Positions 1 to 11,368 of a stretch of 64,000 nucleotides of DNA are shown one piece after another. The notes under the pieces were generated by a model, which searched no databases, was not told where the DNA came from, and saw nothing but the letters and a program-made list of their open reading frames with translations. Origin of the DNA: an uncultured Acidobacteriota bacterium. GTDB lineage: Bacteria > Acidobacteriota > UBA6911. The stretch spans positions 160,001-224,000 of the forward strand of contig CAWEJX010000012.1 in NCBI GenBank assembly GCA_963809485.1. Reading direction: 5' to 3'. How positions within the stretch are numbered: position 1 is the stretch's first letter; each line of letters opens with the position of its first letter. The translations under genes and the position numbers were made by a program.

Positions 1-1007
1 CGTATTTTAAGAGAACGGGCTTCTGTAACCCAGGTTTCGTAGGCTTGTAGTTTTACGGCGGTGATGGTTCCATCCCATTTGAATCCTACTTTAAAATAGT
101 ACCGTGACCGGGCGTCCTCGCAACAACCATCGGCGAAATGGCTTTCATCATCCAGAAACTTCACCGGACAGTCTGTCTGTTTGGCGGCTATCACAGCGAC
201 CTGACTCGCATACCTATCCACGCCTAAATAGGTGGTACCTCCAAACTGAGCCCCGTTATAGGGCAGATACAGATGGATCTTGTGCACGGGCGCATAGGCG
301 CGCAGAGCATTCATCATGCCGGATGCATTCTGGCCGTGTTGCCAAACCTCCAGGTACTCTCCTTTCCATTCGGCCACACCGCACATTGCCTCTACGCCGG
401 CCCACACGTCCTGCTCTGTCGTCGCTTTCCACTCGATTATTTTGTCGGCTTGAGCAAAACCCGCCTCAACGTCCCCATGCTTGAGGACGGTCTCAAAACG
501 GGTCCTGCGGTTTGTTTTAGAGTTCTGGTCCGGGCGCATTATTGGGGCCTCGGGCTTCAGCGCATCCTCCACGTCCATAATGACGGGGAGTTCTTCCATA
601 TCGATTTCTATTAATTTTAGCGCCTCGTCGACCGCCGCCTCACTTTCGCCAACGACCACAGCGCCCACGACTCCGGGATGCCAGTGATTTGTGCCGGAAA
701 CGAGCGGCTGGCCCTGAAATTCGGGCCAGACTATATTCGGATCATCATATCGAAGCACTGCTCTTATTCGGGGAAGAGCCTCAGCTTTGCTGGTATCCAG
801 GCGTTTGATCTTGGCGTGTGCGTATCGGGAACGGAGATACTTCGCGTACAGCATCCCGGGACGGTATATATCCCTGCAGTAAATTGCCTTCCCGCTCGCT
901 TTTTCGTAACCGTCAAGACGGCGGACACGGCGTTTCCCAATCCCGCCGTTTCCCGGCATTGGCCACATCCATGGATAGTATCCCTCTCCTTCTTTCAGGC
1001 CATACAT
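1..1007 (-). CDS. Xanthine dehydrogenase-family molybdopterin-binding subunit, N-terminal part (runs off window; frameshift near 823)
   Basis: Manual translation MYGLKEGEGYYPWMW...RLDGYEKASGKAIYCRDIYRPGMLYAKYLRSP/YAHAKIKRLDTSKAEAL...HGDVEAGFAQAD...FKVGFKWDGTITA is collinear with the paralog at 13297. GGAGG lies upstream. Confidence 0.85.
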   Translation of the reverse strand, partial: MYGLKEGEGYYPWMWPMPGNGGIGKRRVRRLDGYEKASGKAIYCRDIYRPGMLYAKYLRSRYAHAKIKRLDTSKAEALPRIRAVLRYDDPNIVWPEFQGQPLVSGTNHWHPGVVGAVVVGESEAAVDEALKLIEIDMEELPVIMDVEDALKPEAPIMRPDQNSKTNRRTRFETVLKHGDVEAGFAQADKIIEWKATTEQDVWAGVEAMCGVAEWKGEYLEVWQHGQNASGMMNALRAYAPVHKIHLYLPYNGAQFGGTTYLGVDRYASQVAVIAAKQTDCPVKFLDDESHFADGCCEDARSRYYFKVGFKWDGTITAVKLQAYETWVTEARSLKI

Positions 1008-1345
1008 CCTTGCTTATCCTCCGCGGCAAATCGGTTTCGTCCTCGTGAAGCGCAAGGACGTAAAAGCGCAGTTTCCATTGGATATTTCGATACGTATTCC
1101 GATCGAGTGTTCCAACGCTGCGCCGATTCTCCAATCGCGAAAGTTCAGGAAGCCTCCCCGGTGTATTTCCAGCCTGGGCAAAGGTGCAAGTACCCAATGA
1201 GGAGCCTTGGCATGACCGCAGCGATCCTGCCGATGCCGTTCATGAAGAACATCCGGAATTCTCACAATCTGCGCAAAGATCCCGTCGTTCATAATTGCAC
1301 GTTTGAAAGCGTGAAGTGGCTTTCTATTACCTGTTCAGCCGTGAC

Positions 1346-1392
1346 ATTGTCAAGATAATTGTTACGTAAGATACAACATTTCGCTTGACAAT
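1346..1392. promoter_or_regulatory. Divergent promoters sharing one 19-bp palindromic operator (TGTTACG-N5-TACAACA, 1360-1378)
   Basis: TTGACA occurs on both strands (1348-1353 minus, 1385-1390 plus), each exactly 6 nt from the palindrome. The same motif recurs at 11248 and 12338. Confidence 0.7.
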
Positions 1393-1534
1393 GCATCGGC
1401 GGAACTGCTAAAAACTTTTCACAACGCTCGATTTTTATTCATGCTCAATTTTTTGTTGCGCTCTATTTTTCTTCACGCAGATTTTCGTATCGCACTTGGA
1501 TTGCGAAAGGCCAACTCTAGGGAGGATATCTCGC

Positions 1535-4500
1535 ATGCGTTCAACAATCATCGCGATTTTTTGTTTGCTCGTGGTTGCCGGAGCAGCGGCGTTTGCCCAA
1601 AGCGATCGGGGCACCATTACGGGAACCGTAACCGATCAGGCAGGCGCAGTCATACCCAATGCCGCGATTGAAGTACAAAACATCAATACCGCTGCCGTGT
1701 ATCAGTCGCAAAGTTCGTCGACGGGCAATTACACGTTCAGCCAATTGCCTGCCGGCAAGTACCAGATGTCGTCCTCGGTGCCCGGCTTCAAGCAGTTCGT
1801 AAGAACGGGCATCACGGTTATGGTGGCGCAAATCTTGCGCATCGACATTTCACTTGAGGTGGGCAACATCAGCGAGACCGTCACCGTCAGCGCCGATGCT
1901 CCCCTATTGAGGATGGATAGCGGCGAGCTGGCGACCAATGTCGGCTCAAAAAGTCTGAATGAACTCCCCATTCTGGGATTTGCAGGATATATTCGGGATC
2001 CCTTTGCCATGACAACGTTGATCCCAGGCGCGCTCTATTCCCAGCAATTCGGGAGCCTCGTGCGCATCAATGGGGCTCCCTCGAACACGCAGAGTGTTCG
2101 AATCGAGGGCCAGGATGCAACCAACGGAATATGGACCTCCTATACGACGTTTACCCAACCCAGCGTGGATTCGGTTGAGGAAGTTGCGGTTCAGACCAGC
2201 AACTTTGCCGCCGAATTCGGGCAGGCGGGGGGCGGACTGTTCAATATGACCATGAAATCCGGCACCAATAAGCTGCACGGAAGCGCGTACGATTATTGGT
2301 ACAACGAGGCACTCAACGCCAGTTCGCCGTACGGAAAAAAAGACCGTCAACGCCGGAACGACTACGGTTTCACCGTAGGGGGACCCGTTTATATTCCCAA
2401 AGTGTACGACGGGCGCGAAAAGACATTTTTCTTCTTCAACTGGGAGCAGTTCCGTGAGAAGAGTACGGACTCCACCACCTCGTACACGGTTCCCACCCTG
2501 AAAATGCGCAAGGGAGATTTCAGCGAGGTGTTGACCCCGGCTACCGTGACTACCGCTGATGGAGTTAAGACTATCCACCAAAACCAGCTCTATCGGCCTG
2601 GAACGGAATATACGTACGTCGGGCTTGACGGAAAGAGTTACCTGATGAGAGATCAGTACGCGGGCAATGTGATCACGGACCCGCTGAACAGCAGTGCGCT
2701 GGCAATCCAAAACAAGTATATTCCCGAACCTGCGGGACCCTATAAGAACGACCTGACCAACAATTATCTGGTTCCGTGGCAGAAATACAACTACAGGACT
2801 ATTCCAAGTGTAAAAATCGATCACAACTTCGGTACGCGCTCAAAGCTTTCAGGCTATTGGTCGAATACGCGTATCACAGCCAACACGATGTGCGACGGTT
2901 TTACCGATATTAGTCCCATTACGGCATGCCAGCTTTCGTACATCCGCACGATGAATGTGCGTTTGAACTACGACTTCTCCATGACCCCGACAAAACTGTT
3001 GCATCTCGGCGCCGGCCTTCAAAAAAGTATTTTTTCGAACCACACCCCATGGCAAGATTTCGATCAGCAAACGGAACTCGGCATGGCGCAACCGGCGGGA
3101 GCGGACACGGACCTTTTCCCCAGCATTCGAGGGCTTTCCTCGACTTTCGGCGGGCTTAATATAGGGTTGTTTGGCATCGGCCCTCCCAACCAGGCCCCGA
3201 TGAAAAACTATAAGCCGACCGCAAATGCAAGCCTGACGTGGGTCAAATCCAACCATACCTACAAATTCGGCGCCGAATTGCGCATCGAGTCATTTCTGAC
3301 GCGACGTGATCAAATCCCTCCTACGGCTTCTTTACCTTTACCGCCAGGCAAAGCGGAATCCCCGATTCTGCGTATGTCAAGACCCTTTCGGTGGGATTCC
3401 CGTACGCGAGTTTCCTGTTGGGACAAATGGATTCCGGCTCCATTGGAGCCCGCGCCTACTCGCACGTGGGGAAGAATGCCTGGGCTTTCTTCGCTCAGGA
3501 CAGCTGGAAGGCAACCCGCAAATTGACGCTGGATTACGGATTGCGCTGGGATATCCAGGGCTATTTGACAGAGACGTACGGCCGGTATCCGAATTTCTCG
3601 CCTACCACTCCCAATCCCCGCGTAGGCAATCTGCCGGGCGCATTGATTTTTGAAAGAGAGGGCGTGGAGTTCGCGAAAGTTTATCCCTATGCGTTCGGTC
3701 CGAGGCTGGGAGCAGCGTATCAGATCACGCCCAAGACGGTGCTTCGCGCCGGATTCGGCATCAGCTACGGGCAAACCGCCACCAATAACGGAATGTCGCA
3801 GGTTTCTTCCGGCAGTAACGGATTCGCGGGTCCCTCTTATGGTGCGGCGTGGAGGACGCTGGACCAGGGGGCGCCGGAATCGCCGGCGGGATCCTGGTAT
3901 TGGCCCAATTTGGATCCCGGTCAATTGAATATGTCCCCCGTACCTTATACATCAGGAAGTCCCGGCGCGTTCGATACAGGCGCGGGCCGGCCCCCGAGGC
4001 AGTTTCAGTGGAGCATCGGCCTCCAGCGGGAGCTTACCAAGGACCTGATGGTGGAAGCCTCATACGTCGGCAACCGCGGCGTCTGGTGGGAAGGCGACGA
4101 ACTCATCAACGTAAATGCGATATCGGCGGAGCGGCTTGCCGCCTTTGGACTTAGCCTTAACAGTTCCGACGATAGAACCCTGTTAGCCGGCACATTGAAT
4201 GCCACGGCGGCAAAAAACCGTATAAATCCGGTCACAAAGCTTCCCTTCAGCACCCCGCCGTACACTGGCTTCCCGACGACCCAAACCGTCGCCCAATCGT
4301 TGCGGCCGTTCCCGCATTTCGGAACCATCAATTATAGATGGGCGCCGCTCGGCAAGACCTGGTATGACTCGCTGCAGGCGAAAGTGACCAAGCGGTTTTC
4401 CCACGGGCTTGACATGACCAGTACCTTTACCTGGCAGCAGGAACTGGTCATGGGGTCGGAGACAACGGGCACAACAAGCGGATCAACCGGCGGAATCATA

Positions 4501-5199
4501 AACAACCCGTTCGACCGCCATGTCAACAAGTACCTCTCGACCTATTCGCGGCCGATTGTATGGACCACTGCGATCAACTACCTGCTGCCGACGCTGGATA
4601 TAAACAAGGCGCTGTCCTGGGCGATTCGCGATTGGAGGTTCGGCTTCGTCTTGAATTACACCAGCGGCAGACCGATTCAAGTTCCGGCGGCATCGTCGAC
4701 CAGCGTGATCAACCTCTATACCTTCACAAACACCTTCGCGAACCGGGTTGAGGATCAACCGTTGTTTCTGCGGACTGTGAAAAACGCTGATGGGACCAAA
4801 ACCACGATGCCCCTCAGCGACCTCAATGAGAGAAGCGCCTTTGACCCGCTCACGGATTTTGTATTGAATCCGGCGGCCTGGAAAGATCCGGTCCCGGGCC
4901 AGTACAGCTACTCGACGGGTTTTATCGGCGACTACCGATACCCGCGTCATCCTGAGGAAAAACTGAGCATAGGGCGGGTTTTCCGACTCAGGGAGGAGAT
5001 GTCCCTAAGCGTTCGGGCAGACTTCGACAATATGTTGAACCGGTACGTTCTGGGTGACACCCTCTTAACGAGCACCAATGCGATAGCCACTCAGACCTGG
5101 AACAAGTCGGGCACTACATTATCCGGCTTTGGACGCTACAACGCGACTGCCGCCAACTCGCAGCGCCGCGGCCTCATAGTCGTCCGTTTTCAATTTTAG
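1535..5199 (+). CDS. TonB-dependent receptor, Oar/carboxypeptidase-regulatory-domain type (frameshift ~3300-3320)
   Basis: Signal peptide, AQSDRGTITGTVTD, plug motif SVDSVEEVAVQTSNFAAEFG, QDSWKATRKLTLDYGLRWD and C-terminal RFQF. The two ORFs join collinearly with the intact paralog at 28616. Confidence 0.9.
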
Positions 5200-5220
5200 C
5201 CGTTAGCCTGACAAATCGCG

Positions 5221-5261
5221 CCTCGCCGCTCCTTTTCGCAGCAGCGAAAGGAGCGGCGAGG
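5221..5261 (+). terminator. Strong GC hairpin after the TonB receptor
   Basis: cctcgccgctcctt(t)tcgc / gcgaaaggagcggcgagg, ~20 nt after the stop; the U-tract is weak. Confidence 0.55.
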
Positions 5262-5514
5262 CCGATCGTTTCTGAGATCCGAGGGCGCCGAAGGCGCGCC
5301 ACGGGATATCATGGGTATCACCAAACAGGCGAGCCTGTAGACCTTCGCTACCCTGGCGCAACAGGCCACTGTTTCCATGAAACCAATAGATTCTGGACTC
5401 CGCTTTGTCCCTAGGTTGTTCCATCCTTCAGCTTTCCTGCCGCATTGCAGGAGGATATATCCATGATAGGGTTTATCCAGACATGGATCGCTTCCTCAGA
5501 AGGGAGTGGACGTC

Positions 5515-6468
5515 ATGGAATTTTCTATCGAGCAGCACAGTCTCATTCCTGTGATCAAACAGATTCAAGAACAGGTTAAGCTTGCTGTCTGGATGGGAAC
5601 GATTCACAGCGGCGACAGCTTGCCCTCCATCCGCGAAGTCGAGAGGAAGACGGGGATCAACCGCGCTCAAGTATATAGAGCCTACAAGGCCCTGGGGCAG
5701 TCCGGGGTGCTGGTCCTGAATCGAGGGCGCGGCAAGGGAGCCGTCGTGTCGACCGCTGCCGCATCCCGGGACTCGATAAACTCAAAATGCAGCACATTGA
5801 CCAGGAATATTGCTGCCCAGGTCCGCCGGCTCGGCATTTCCCCAACCGCATACGCCAGATATCTAAGCCAGCAAATGCAGGAACTCGAGCGCCGGGCTCC
5901 ACTCATTGCATATGTGGATCCCCTGAAGACTTTTGCTGTGAGCCAGGCCGCCAAGCTGTCGCAGCTATGGCAGGTGCCGGTCGTCGGCCTGACGGTTCAG
6001 GAGTTGGAAAGCGCCGTACGAAATAAAACACATCTGCGAAAAGCCATTACAAACCACATCATGCGCGATCTCGTCCAATCCTCTCTTCCCGGCAAAACGA
6101 TCGAGGTAATTCCCGTTGAAGTACGCTACAGCGACCAGATGATTGCAGAGCTGGACCGGATCAAGCCACACTCGTCCGTGCTGCGTGTGATCCCGCCAGC
6201 CTTTTTGCCGTACGCGGATTTCATCGGCGTTCAAATGCGGAAACGGATCAAGGCTCCAGACGTGGAAATCTCCCTGGTCTCAGTGGCCGACAGATCGTTT
6301 GAGATGTTGCTGAAGGGTTCCCAATATGACCTTATTATCGTTGACCCTACTCTTCTAAGCGAAATCCCTCACGAAGTGCAGAAGAGCTGTAAAATTCTAA
6401 GGGTGCAGATGCAGCTCGATCAAAAATCCCTGGAAGCCGTAAGGATCCGCGCCGGCGTAATTGTCTGA
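5515..6468 (+). CDS. GntR-family regulator with long C-terminal domain
   Basis: wHTH motif QIQEQVKLAVWMG...GDSLPSIREVERKTGINRAQVYRAYKAL; paralog of the genes at 11369 and 20386. Confidence 0.9.
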   Translation: MEFSIEQHSLIPVIKQIQEQVKLAVWMGTIHSGDSLPSIREVERKTGINRAQVYRAYKALGQSGVLVLNRGRGKGAVVSTAAASRDSINSKCSTLTRNIAAQVRRLGISPTAYARYLSQQMQELERRAPLIAYVDPLKTFAVSQAAKLSQLWQVPVVGLTVQELESAVRNKTHLRKAITNHIMRDLVQSSLPGKTIEVIPVEVRYSDQMIAELDRIKPHSSVLRVIPPAFLPYADFIGVQMRKRIKAPDVEISLVSVADRSFEMLLKGSQYDLIIVDPTLLSEIPHEVQKSCKILRVQMQLDQKSLEAVRIRAGVIV

Positions 6469-6489
6469 GTGTCCCATCCAAGGAGGAGT

Positions 6490-6713
6490 GTCAGGCACCT
6501 CCGGCAAAACCGGAGGCTTGAAAGATTGGAACCGTTCAAAGCGGTTGGAGGAGTTGCGCTGGTCTTGAACGCTGACTTACGCGGGCAAAAGCCGACCCTC
6601 GCCGAACAAATCGGCGTTTGTCAGCTCTTTTGTCAGCGTATCTCAGCGTTTCAAAATACGGAGCTGTCAAACTCCATGAGTCCGGCAGAGCCGGGGGTTT
6701 ACCAATAGAATTA
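6490..6713. mobile_element. Non-autonomous IS200/IS605-like palindromic element, copy A
   Basis: Subterminal hairpins cctccggcaaaaccggagg and ccggcagagccgg; near-identical copies at 16687, 37871, 49020 and 57840. Confidence 0.75.
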
Positions 6714-6803
6714 GAGTAAAATGCCAGCCATGGACGTGGAAAGTACCGGAATCCAGTCTTGTGGATTGGCAGGCACATTCCCAAAAGACGGCCATGAACC
6801 CGG

Positions 6804-8414
6804 CTAGGACCAGGGCTTTTCAGCGGCAGCGTGCTCGCCCGCAATGCGTCCAAAAGCGAGACACTCCGCAAAGTCTCCGGCTCCCTGGTAGTTCCAGCTC
6901 CATAGGGAACCCAGTTCTCCAGCCGAGTAAAGCCTCGGGATAGGCTTGCCGTATGGATCCAATATTTGAGCATTCTTGTTGCGGCGGGGTCCGCCCTGCG
7001 TGTTTGTGAACGTAGGAACAAGCTCCAAGGCATAGTAGGGCGGGGTTTGAATTGGGGCTATTCGATCGCTTGGCCTGCCGAACTCCGAATCGTTGCCCGC
7101 CGCGCAGGATTTGTTCCAGGTAGCCAGGGTTTTTTCCAGCGTGTCCGGGTTTTTCCCTATTTTCGCCGCCAGCTCCCGTATGGTGTCTGCCTTGATGATC
7201 CAGCCCTTCGCAAGTTCTACGCTGTTGTCATCACTCCACTTGTAGCGCTCAATCATTGCATTCCAACCCATGTTGCCGCCGAGTGTAAAGAGGGGTCCGC
7301 TCTTTCTCCCCGCCTCGTCAAAAATCGAATGTATCGGCAGGGGGGTAGGAAGCTGAATGTATGTGCCATGGTAAGCTATCTTGCCGTGTTTGCTGGGCGT
7401 GTTTTCGTTGATGAAGCGTGTTCCGTCCTTGGCAACCCAGATAAATCCCCGATTACGCGGAGCGCCTCCGCCGCCCAATGCAAAATCAAAATCCGGCGGT
7501 TTGAAGCTGAGAGTGGGGCCTGCTTGACTGTCCATATGCCACAGGTCGGCCCCCACCGCCATCGCCATTCTTATGCCGTCTCCCGTGTTATACGGAGTGC
7601 CAAATGGGTATCCGCACGGCATCGAAAGATAGTCCCGAATCATGCCCTGGTTGTTCTCAAATCCTCCGGTACACAAAACCAAAGCTTTCTTGGCCTTGAC
7701 GTATATCCTTTTACCCTGCCTCTCGGCGACCACTCCGCGGATTTCCCTCGTTTTGCAATCCTGGATCAATTCAATCCCGGGCGTTTCATACATGATTGTG
7801 ACTTGCCTCTTCACAGCGCTGTCCCGGAGCATCGTCCAGAGCCTTTGGAACCCTGACCCCGCCTGTCCTTTCCCGTTGTCGAGAAAGCACACAGCCGCGC
7901 TTTCAGCGCCGGGGAACTCCGGGTACGAGGCCCTGCTTGCGTTACCGCTTGCGGGCTGTATGACTTGGGCGCCAATTTTTCTAAGCCAGTCGGGGTTCTT
8001 TGTCGTGTATTGGTGATAGGCTTCAATCACCTCATCCGGTACCGGAAATCCGTCATTGAGCGCCCTTTGATGGATCACGGCCTGATTATAGTCTGGCGGA
8101 CACCAGAAGCCCTGCATCGAGACTCGGGAGTTGCCGCCGGCGTGAGATTCCTTTGCCTTCTCGAGCATGAGGACATCGGTTCCCAGATCGCGGGCAACTA
8201 TGGCTGTGGCCAGACCCGCCCCGCCTATTCCCAGGACGACGATTCCCGCCTCATAGTCCCATTTCCGAACCTCGCCGAATTGCACGGCTCCCGCTTCGCT
8301 CGCGCCAAATCCGGCCAAAGCGGCCCCTCCTGCACCTGCGGTCGCTGTTTTGAGAAAATCTCTTCTTGCAAGATGCGCATTTTGCTTCCTGGCTTCCACG
8401 AACCTTTCTCTCAT
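6804..8414 (-). CDS. Tat-exported FAD-dependent oxidoreductase (FAD_binding_2; flavocytochrome c/KstD-like)
   Basis: ARRDFLK twin-arginine signal, GIGGAG dinucleotide fold, GGNS, LCTGGFE, NTGDGI, NTQGG and PIPRLYSAGELG. Confidence 0.9.
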   Translation of the reverse strand: MRERFVEARKQNAHLARRDFLKTATAGAGGAALAGFGASEAGAVQFGEVRKWDYEAGIVVLGIGGAGLATAIVARDLGTDVLMLEKAKESHAGGNSRVSMQGFWCPPDYNQAVIHQRALNDGFPVPDEVIEAYHQYTTKNPDWLRKIGAQVIQPASGNASRASYPEFPGAESAAVCFLDNGKGQAGSGFQRLWTMLRDSAVKRQVTIMYETPGIELIQDCKTREIRGVVAERQGKRIYVKAKKALVLCTGGFENNQGMIRDYLSMPCGYPFGTPYNTGDGIRMAMAVGADLWHMDSQAGPTLSFKPPDFDFALGGGGAPRNRGFIWVAKDGTRFINENTPSKHGKIAYHGTYIQLPTPLPIHSIFDEAGRKSGPLFTLGGNMGWNAMIERYKWSDDNSVELAKGWIIKADTIRELAAKIGKNPDTLEKTLATWNKSCAAGNDSEFGRPSDRIAPIQTPPYYALELVPTFTNTQGGPRRNKNAQILDPYGKPIPRLYSAGELGSLWSWNYQGAGDFAECLAFGRIAGEHAAAEKPWS

Positions 8415-8652
8415 TTTGGATCCCCTCCTGCAATGCGATCGTACCCGCGCTGTGCCGACAATCCCAAGCATCTAGGAAATTCAAGCAGAATCGGTAATAG
8501 AGTCCAACGGACCGGCCGATGATATCCGGTGCAAATCGATGTCGGTAACAGTTGTGAGTGCAATGATATTTGGAAGCATTTGTGGCCGCTGACGCAGTTT
8601 GCCAGCGGCCACCTCAAGTTGACAATGCCATCCGGGGCTCAGCCCGAAGCTC

Positions 8653-10659
8653 CTAAGGCCGTGGTCCCCATATTGGCAGGGGCTGCCCAACCTCCAATGC
8701 CCCGAGATCCGGAGCCTTACCATTAAAATCCTCGTTAATGTTGGGAAGCGGGCACCCCGCATCAACGGCGACGGCATTCGGCTTAAGCCGGAAATCCAGT
8801 TCGTCGCGCGTAAAAACCCTTGAAAAGTCTTTTAGATCCGCCTTTTTCACATTCTGAAATATGTCGTAGTCTACCATTATCCCATGGCACTCCTGTCCCA
8901 GTGCCTTGCAGAGTTCCTGGAGGGTTTTGAAGGAATGCATCTCCCTGGGATTTTTGAAGTCGCGGACCGCACCGCCGGCAGGGGAGAGCCACATAAATTG
9001 GGCCTCAAACCCTTCATTGGGACGGAACCCGTTGTAGTCAGAGGTTGTATAGGAAGTGTAGGTATCCATAAAGTAAATACCGCCAAAATCCTTGGTACGG
9101 TAATTCCTCATCGAATCGGGGTTTTCTCCCAGCATGAGGTTGTTGCGGAAATGCAAGTTCGCAGCGCCTTCGCGGCCGTTTAGATTGGCGGAGGGCTGCC
9201 CAATGTACACTTCGCTGCAGAACGTATTCTGATACATAATCACGCCTGCCGGTCTGTCATACATCTTTATAGCTCCCCGGTCCGGGGCATGGTACACGAT
9301 ATTCCGTATAAAGTACGCCGGTCCGCCATAAATAGGCTGTGCGCTCAAGACAGCATGTCCGCTATTGAGGCAAAGGTTGCGCATAAAACGGATGTTGTGC
9401 GTGCCGGTATCGACTTCGGCAGGATTGTCGTAAATATTACAATAGTAGTTATTGTAGAAGTCGATATTGGCATGCGACCCCTCCGGATCGTCAACTCTGC
9501 CTGCTTGATTGACGCATGTCCCATCCCAGAAATTTTCAATACGGTTATAGCAAATAACGTGGCCCTGCCCTGCCACCGTGATCGCATAGTAGGAGCCATT
9601 GGGGCCGTTTATCTTCAGGGGAAAGCCGGGCAGCTTTTTGAACGGAACAACGTCACTGCCAATATTTCCCATCAGCACCTTAGGATCGAATCGGCCGATG
9701 AACACGTTATCGGCAATGTAACAATTTTTTGAGCCTTGATATGTGCCCCAGATGGCCATGCACACGTTCTCAAAGCGGCATTTTCTAACTGTATAACCGC
9801 TGCTGCCGACCACGTCCTTTACGCCCGTTTTAATGGCCACATCAGCGTTACGGAAGGTAAGGCCCTCGAAATGTATGTAATTGGCCCCCATGATATCAAA
9901 TAGGATGGCACAGCCACCGCCGTCGAAAATGGCCTCGCCATCCCCTGCACCCTTGATCACAATGGGTTTCTCGGGGGTGCCGCTTTTGGTAAGAAAGGTC
10001 GTTCCAAACCCGTCTGACCCGACCCCGCTTCGCATACTGGAATTGTATGCGGTACGATCACTCTGATAGACGCCGGCATGCACGAGGATAGTATCGCCAG
10101 GTTCAATAGCCGTCCTGAAGGCCGATACCAGTCCCATAAAGGAATCCTTTTCCTTAGCGCCTTTGTAATTGGCCGGGTACGCGTGCAGGATCCGTCCGCC
10201 CGCGAAAGGTTTCGGTTCCGGACGTGTTCGCACCGTTACCATTTTTTGCTTGATTCCATCCACACCGTCCGGATCGGACATCTGAAATTTGCACTCATAC
10301 TCCGTATCGGGTTCCAAGTCCAGTATGCTTCCCGCAAACATGTTGGGAACCACATAAGCGGGAGTTAAACTCCCGCCGGCTTCCTCATTTTGAAGGCGCA
10401 GAAGCGGCAACCCCTCTTTCCATGCGGTCGTCCCTTTTTTGCGGTACTGGACCGCCACAGCCGCATTACGGTTATCATCGCCCTCAATGCTCCATTCAAA
10501 TCCAAGGCAAATAAGAGTTGGGTCTCCAATTACAAACTTTCCCGCTTTTACCTTATTTCCACTTTTTGCAGGTACGAGGCCAGGCGCAAAGCTCGCCAAG
10601 CATAGGAAAAATAGAAAGACCATTGAAATCATCGGAAAAACACTTCTTCTGCTTTTCAT
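8653..10659 (-). CDS. Secreted right-handed parallel beta-helix protein with FN3-like N-terminus (lyase-like)
   Basis: Signal peptide, LEPDTEYE, PGDTILVHAGVY, SGTPEKPIVIKG, Asn-ladder repeats and C-terminal AVDAG...APDLGALE. Confidence 0.8.
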   Translation of the reverse strand: MKSRRSVFPMISMVFLFFLCLASFAPGLVPAKSGNKVKAGKFVIGDPTLICLGFEWSIEGDDNRNAAVAVQYRKKGTTAWKEGLPLLRLQNEEAGGSLTPAYVVPNMFAGSILDLEPDTEYECKFQMSDPDGVDGIKQKMVTVRTRPEPKPFAGGRILHAYPANYKGAKEKDSFMGLVSAFRTAIEPGDTILVHAGVYQSDRTAYNSSMRSGVGSDGFGTTFLTKSGTPEKPIVIKGAGDGEAIFDGGGCAILFDIMGANYIHFEGLTFRNADVAIKTGVKDVVGSSGYTVRKCRFENVCMAIWGTYQGSKNCYIADNVFIGRFDPKVLMGNIGSDVVPFKKLPGFPLKINGPNGSYYAITVAGQGHVICYNRIENFWDGTCVNQAGRVDDPEGSHANIDFYNNYYCNIYDNPAEVDTGTHNIRFMRNLCLNSGHAVLSAQPIYGGPAYFIRNIVYHAPDRGAIKMYDRPAGVIMYQNTFCSEVYIGQPSANLNGREGAANLHFRNNLMLGENPDSMRNYRTKDFGGIYFMDTYTSYTTSDYNGFRPNEGFEAQFMWLSPAGGAVRDFKNPREMHSFKTLQELCKALGQECHGIMVDYDIFQNVKKADLKDFSRVFTRDELDFRLKPNAVAVDAGCPLPNINEDFNGKAPDLGALEVGQPLPIWGPRP

Positions 10660-10831
10660 ACCGGACCTCCTCAATTTCCATTAACGATCATCGCTCGCTC
10701 GAATGTTGTGCATAAAAACTGACGCCGTAGGAGGCGGCAGTTTTCGCATCCGGAACACTCGGTGCAGCTATCTTCCTGCGCTCTTGGTTGCCTCCCGCGC
10801 GGCCAGGGCCAGGTCTCTCCGCAATTGTCCA

Positions 10832-10879
10832 GTAAGGCCGGGCTTCAACCCAGACCCAGCGGCTGAAGCCCGGGCCCAC
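10832..10879. repeat. REP-like inverted pair
   Basis: gtaaggccgggcttcaacc ... ggctgaagcccgggcccac. Confidence 0.5.
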
Positions 10880-11247
10880 ATGAAAGCGGTCCGCCCGCAT
10901 TACGAGGCAAACTTAGGCCCGCAAGAAGCCAGCCTATTGGCCGCCGGGAATCCCTCGAAGCGTGTTTCCGCGCCGAATAACTGGGTGTGGCTGCTTTTAA
11001 CACAAGCAAGACTGGCGTTGCCAGTGACCTCGGGATTGCGCTCTGTGTACACGCATTGCACACCCACATACTCCATCCCGCCGTAATACATGCTGAGCCC
11101 TGTTAAATGTCGGCCGCCAAAATTGTTAATGCCGGCTAGCTATTTGAAGCATGCGGAATTCTTAAAATCCAATTGGGGATCCCGTCATTTATGATAGCAT
11201 GCGTAAAAATATGCGATGGTAACGTATCCTATCCGCCCCACTGCAAT

Positions 11248-11280
11248 ATTGTCAAGCTATATGTTACATATATTGCAACT
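11248..11280 (-). promoter_or_regulatory. Operator plus -35 box facing the beta-helix gene
   Basis: The minus strand reads AGTTGCA-N5-TGTAACA-N6-TTGACAAT, the same geometry as at 1346 and 12338. Confidence 0.6.
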
Positions 11281-11368
11281 TTAATCCACTCTCATTTCGG
11301 CATGTCTTTCCCTCGCAGGGGGAGGGCACCCATGATAGGATCTATGCACAGCATAAGGGAGGACCTCC

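Noticed and set aside
678-1358. 226-aa plus-strand ORF and other long antisense ORFs in the track
   Set aside because: They are shadow frames of well-supported genes on the opposite strand or frame, with no recognisable motifs.
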